Source: Paraspadella gotoi
Taxonomy: Eukaryota; Animalia; Chaetognatha
Length of the DNA stretch: 64,000 nucleotides
NCBI GenBank assembly: GCA_051294375.1
Contig: CM119268.1
Location: 3,822,799 to 3,886,798, forward strand
Reading direction: 5' to 3'
Part shown: positions 52,943-64,000 of the stretch, in pieces
Layout: each line of letters opens with the position of its first letter
How positions within the stretch are numbered: the first letter of the stretch is position 1
Program-made: the position numbers and the translations under genes
Notes under the pieces: generated by a model
What the model was told of the DNA's origin: nothing
Databases searched by the model: none
What the model saw: only the letters and a program-made list of their open reading frames with translations

Positions 52943-54002
52943 CTCTCTCTCTCATCTTTTGTTCTCTCTCTCTCTTGTCTTTCTCTTTTTTCTTTTTTTT
53001 CTTTCTCTCTCTCTTTTTTTTTCTCTCGTCTCCTTTTCTCTATCTTCTCTCTCTTTTCTCTCCTCTCTCTCTCTCTCTCATCTCTCTCTCCTCTCTCTCT
53101 CTCTCCTCTCTCTTTCTCTCTTTCACTCCTGATTTCAATCTACTTGGGAATCGAATTTTACTTTAAATGTGAATTCCGTTTATTTAAATCGAAGAGAAAA
53201 AATTGGAATAACAAGTTTTTTTTCGTTTTTTCCCCCAATATTGGGCGAGTGAGAGTCAGAATAAGAGAGAGAGATAGAGATAGAAGAGATAAAGGGAGAA
53301 GAGAGAGAGAGAAAGAGAGAGAGGAGAGAGAGGTTGAAAAATAATCCTTGAGAGAGAAAGAAAGAAAAAAGGAAAGAGAGAGTGGAAGTGAGAGAGAAAG
53401 AGAGAAGATAGAGGAGAAAGAGAGAAAATAATCCAAGAGAGAAAAATAAAGAAAGGAAGAGAGAGAGAGATAGAAAGACAGAGAGATAGAGGGAGAGAGA
53501 GAGGAAAGAGAAAAAGAATAGAGGAGAGAAAGAGAGAAAAATAATCCTAGAGAGAGAGAGCAAGAAAGCAAAGAAAGAGAGAGAGAGATTGTCGAGAGGA
53601 GAGAGAGTGAGAAAGATTCCATAAATTACGCGCACACAAAGAAATAATTTTAAGCTGAATTCCCCCAAATATTTGAATTGACCTTAACGAGTTGGTTAAA
53701 CTTAAAATTGAAATCATTCAAATTCCATATAAAATTTGGCTCTCTTTTTTGAAAAACGTCCCATTTATGCTACATAACATTTTTTTATAACCTGATTCAT
53801 AACACCAATCCTTAACCCAATCCATACCCCAGATCCTTACTAACCCAATCCTTAACCCTCTACCCTGATTCTTGACCTTAAACCTTAACCCTTTAATCCT
53901 ATTTCTAACCAATCACTAACCTTAACAATTAACGACTTAACATTGATCACTAATTAATCCGTGGGCTAACCCCTTTTTATTAACCCAATCACTAACCTTA
54001 TC

Positions 54003-54037
54003 CTTCGGAGGCGTGGGTTCGAATCCCACCGCTGCCA
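54003..54037 (+). pseudogene. Isolated 3' half of tRNA-Leu
   Basis: CTTCGGAGGCGTGGGTTCGAATCCCACCGCTGCCA is identical to the 3' 35 nt of the tRNA-Leu at 47850-47931. No 5' half and no T-run terminator. Confidence 0.85.
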
Positions 54038-55039
54038 ACACTTAAGTAAGTAGACAGAGATTTCAGCATGAAACCAAAGGGGAATTTAATTTACAATATG
54101 AACAAGAGCAAGACGGTGTCAAACTTGAGCAGAATGAATGAAGTACAAAAATGGTCAGCTATTTATAGTCCGAACAATCGGATCAACGACATGGGCTCGG
54201 TTTCCTATGGCATGAGCCCGTCTTCTCATTGGTTGATTCCCCGACGAATGATTCACTCAAAAATAATAACGGAGAGTCTGGTAAGCCGAGAAGCTAAACT
54301 CGGATTTTCAAAAAACCTTGCAGATATGATCACACTGACATATAATGCTAATTCGAACTTCGACTGACGAGTATTGTATGCTCAAAAGGTTAGTACACTG
54401 GACCAGCTTACTCGAATATGCAAATGAGATTAAGGAGTTACGATGAAATTTGGTATGAAAGAAAAAATATTTTAATTATTAAATAATACTAGTTTTTCTA
54501 TTAAAATACTTAAACATTAATGACAACTTATTTGATATTTGTTGGTTATTAATAATGATGTATTTACCGTATTTGTCTCTCACTATTATTCTTTAAAAAC
54601 AATTATATGCGAATTCCAAATTTATTTTTTTAATAAAACAAATTTATTTTAAATAAGAATTCAAAGAACAGCTTCAACAATGTTATTCATTTAAATTGTA
54701 ATATTACTATATTTAAAACATTACTACATTACTAATAATCAATTTTATATCTTATTGCTGACGTGTCTTAATTGGCAGAGGGTTAAAGGTCGCCGGTCAT
54801 CTGGAAAACTATTATGGATGAAGACAGCGATAGCCCTCGTTTGCAAATCCGTGAACATATCTGAAAACTATTAAAAAGGTTAAATAAAAAAAAACTATTG
54901 AGTTCATGTTCTTTCAACAACAGTTTTATTTGCAATAATACTGACATGTTTCAGTTTTTAGTACAAGCCTTAATCAGCGCGATCAAGAATGTAATTTGAA
55001 AAATTCCAAATTATGAGGGGGAGAGAGTGAAAGAGAGAG

Positions 55040-55505
55040 AAAAAGAGAAGCGACAAAATCGGCGATGTCCTGTGCAGCGGGAATGAAGGTAAGCTGCGGG
55101 AGATCGATCGACGCTCCCCAATGCCCGTGAAACATCTTCCTGATGTCGGAGACTCCTTCCATCCTGAAGTAAGGAGGCGAGAGAAAGGCCGTGTTGAGGC
55201 GCCTGAGGTTGAGGATCGGCCCCAGCCTCCATCCTCTTTCGGAACGAGAAAGATCCTCGAGTAAAACCCCGGAGAAGGCTCCACCTCTCGATAGCTCCCT
55301 TCTCCGAGCGGCGAGAATCTCTGCCTCACTGCGCGTCCCTCTCGCCGAACGACGGGTCTCGTCTGCAGGACGAGGCATGCGTGAAGGGATGGCGTCGGCC
55401 CCGGAAATCTTGAATCCTGAAACGTTCTGAAGGATTGGTGAATCTTGCCGATAAGTTCGTCAAAAACGGTAGAAAGAACCGGAGCCTTCCTCCAACCGGA
55501 TGGTG
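55040..55505 (-). mobile_element. DIRS-type (tyrosine-recombinase retrotransposon) reverse transcriptase remnant, frameshifted
   Basis: Motifs PVGGRL, GFYSRIFLVPKEDGGW, PILNLRRLN, FRMEG, WGASIDL and AYLH...HRRFCRF occur in order, as in the DIRS1-like RT N-terminal region. Confidence 0.85.
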
Positions 55506-57585
55506 AGGAAGCAGCGCCGATCTGGAGAAAACGTGTTTGAGTTGACAGCCTTTAAAAAAAAAGACAAACTGATGTTCACGGAATTACTGGGTCAGACTAC
55601 GAAAACCCATAAAGGTCACAAAAAATGGCTTCAAAATTTTTTTTATAAGATAATTAAACATTAAAATTTAATACTAAATTTATATTTCCTATAGATAGTT
55701 TAAAAATAATAATACCGTGCATCACAGACCAAAAATTAAAACACTTTAGAGTCATTTTTGAGAATGAACTTAAAGTTATTATTATGTAGACAATGATTTA
55801 CCATTATCAACCAAATTAAAATTAAAGAAAACGCTTTCAGACTTTAGTAATACCATGAATAACCACACATCTAAATCGTCATGATAATTAACTTCAAACA
55901 CTATACTTACATCAAGCATACTTTCTGAGACAATGGGAGGGAAGGGAAAGGATGTTCTCCAGATACGACTCGAAGCGTCATCCTTGTCAAGAAGAAGGGA
56001 CAATTTTGCCTGTCGCCTGTACCAATAAACCAGGTTTACTGATGCTCTTAAGAATGAAATGAGCGTATTCAATTGAAGCTGACTTGATTCTCCGACACAT
56101 GTTCCTAAGGGAAGCTTCTGAGGAATGTCCTAAGGAATGTTAGATACAGCACCTAAAAAAACATAAAATGCTTAATCCGAGAAATATTTAATACGAGATA
56201 TTATCTATAACAAGTTTTTTTGTTTTCCGGCAACGCAATTCGAATTTTTAATACAATACAAAATAAATAATTCAACTTTTTTATTTTTAACTCTCCCTCA
56301 ATCTTATAATCTGTTATCAACACTAATCATTGTCTTTATCAATCTTTGTTAAAACTCATTCGTTCGATGAGTCGCCGTCCAAATGAGGCTTGACAAGAGT
56401 CTCACTGGTCAATTTTTTATAGAAACTATCAAATATTCCGAAAATGTCTAAACGTTTAATATATTAGAATTTTGTGTCAACTAACGTGACAAAGTTTCGT
56501 GACAGAAATAAGCCACGAAAACTCAAAAAATTGTTTTTGGACGAGCGACTTTGATCTGAAAAATAATTCAAAAGCGACTTAATAACCGTCAAAAAGTCAG
56601 TAAAATAATGTTTGAAAATGACCTGCGTCAGGAACGTGGACCGAGTAGAGATAAAATGACCTAAAAAGGTCACGAATCACGAGGCGAATTCTCTTCACTC
56701 TTCTCTCTTCTTTTCTCTAAAAATTCCAAATATTTACAAATTAAATTTGCGATGATGAGATTCAAACTCAAGCCAAAATATGTCCATAATTTTAATTTTA
56801 AATAAAAATTTGAGTTGCCCATTGCGGAAAATGCACGGAATATGCACAATTGTGATAAAATAATGAGTAAAATTCGAGAGTAAATCTAAAAAAAATTGAT
56901 TTTTAATTTAGTTTATTGAAACGTCAATCACAGATGAATAAAACGCAAAAAAAAAAAAGGATAAGGAAAAAAAAAACGCCACTTTTGTACACTAATTCTA
57001 CTAACAGCGAAAAAAAGGAAACTATTTTTAATTTAAATTTAATTTAATTTTAATTATATGCGCAATACCGCATTAAACAAATATCGGACCAATAAATTGA
57101 TGGTTTTAAGGAAGTAATTTATTACTTGGAATTTACTTATCTCTGTCATACGAAATTGTCCAAGTTCATGCGTCGACCTGAGCATTCGTAACATACTTCA
57201 CCTTGGGGAGGGATTGTGGCGATGACCCTCCTTTCAACCCACGTTCTCTAAGCCACTTATTCAAAAGAAAATTAATATTAAAAATAATTATCAAAGTGAC
57301 TTGAGCGATTGATATATCAATAATTTCTTTACCTGTGAAAAAAAGATAAAGAAATGATTTGAAACCANNNNNNNNNNNNNNNNNNNNNNNNNATTTAAGT
57401 GAAAAGGCAAGTTTAAAAACTCTCGTTAGCAGTAGCGAATTAATTGTAGTAATTAAGTGTTCTCATTGCGACTTTCTTACTTTGCTACAGTCTCTTACAA
57501 TCGGTCGATTCACGTCGTCAAACTTTCTCCACTTCACGAAAACTCTTCACATCCCAAATCATCGTGAGTGTAACAGTTTAACAGT

Positions 57586-63625
<6,040 letters not shown>

Positions 63626-63703
63626 CTTTAAATGGAGAGGAAAAGTATTGTCAGTTGGAAAAATAAACAACGACTGAGTTTTAAAAATGTGGTAGAGAGA
63701 GAG

Positions 63704-63769
<66 letters not shown>

Positions 63770-64000
63770 ACGTCAGCATTATTAAACTATATTTATTATC
63801 ATTACAAATCACTGATTTTCATTTTAATTCAAACAGTTTAATTACAGTTGAAAACCCTTAAATTTCCCTAATGCCTTAAATCTCGTCAATGCTATCAACA
63901 TGCGGCAGATGCCGTCAATGCCCTAAAAATGACACGAATGCCGCGTCTTGCCTCAGATTCGTTTCCCCCATCGATTTTTCGTTGAACTTCATCGACGTCA

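Noticed and set aside
55780-56155. Candidate minus-strand exon with a GTAAGT donor
   Set aside because: All frames after the strongest acceptor hit stops, the peptide is unrecognisable, and there are no consistent partner exons.

Overview
Eukaryotic, metazoan-type, AT-rich draft-assembly sequence. It is dense in microsatellites (GA, TTTC, GAC/GAT, TTA) and contains N-gaps and stretches with long-read-like indel noise. Almost all ORFs in the supplied track are low-complexity artefacts. I could reconstruct one real protein-coding gene by hand: a 12-exon taxilin-family gene on the minus strand (63625->57586, about 704 aa). RNA genes are two tRNA-Phe(GAA), one of them inside a 201-nt taxilin intron, one tRNA-Leu(AAG), a tRNA-Ser-type gene with a Trp (CCA) anticodon, and an isolated tRNA-Leu 3' half. 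Mobile elements are a frameshifted Penelope-like retroelement (RT C-terminus plus GIY-YIG) bracketed by inverted pseudo-LTR-like repeats with hammerhead-like cores, a DIRS-type RT remnant, and several small interspersed repeats. There is also a 3.8-kb satellite of ~100-bp units with apparent higher-order structure, and several direct and inverted duplications that are probably assembly artefacts. The most notable observations are the Penelope/hammerhead architecture, the anticodon-shifted tRNA, a minisatellite built from a tandemly amplified exon/5' splice-site junction of taxilin, and the tRNA gene 14 nt from a splice donor. I found no convincing wholly novel system. All analyses were done by eye.
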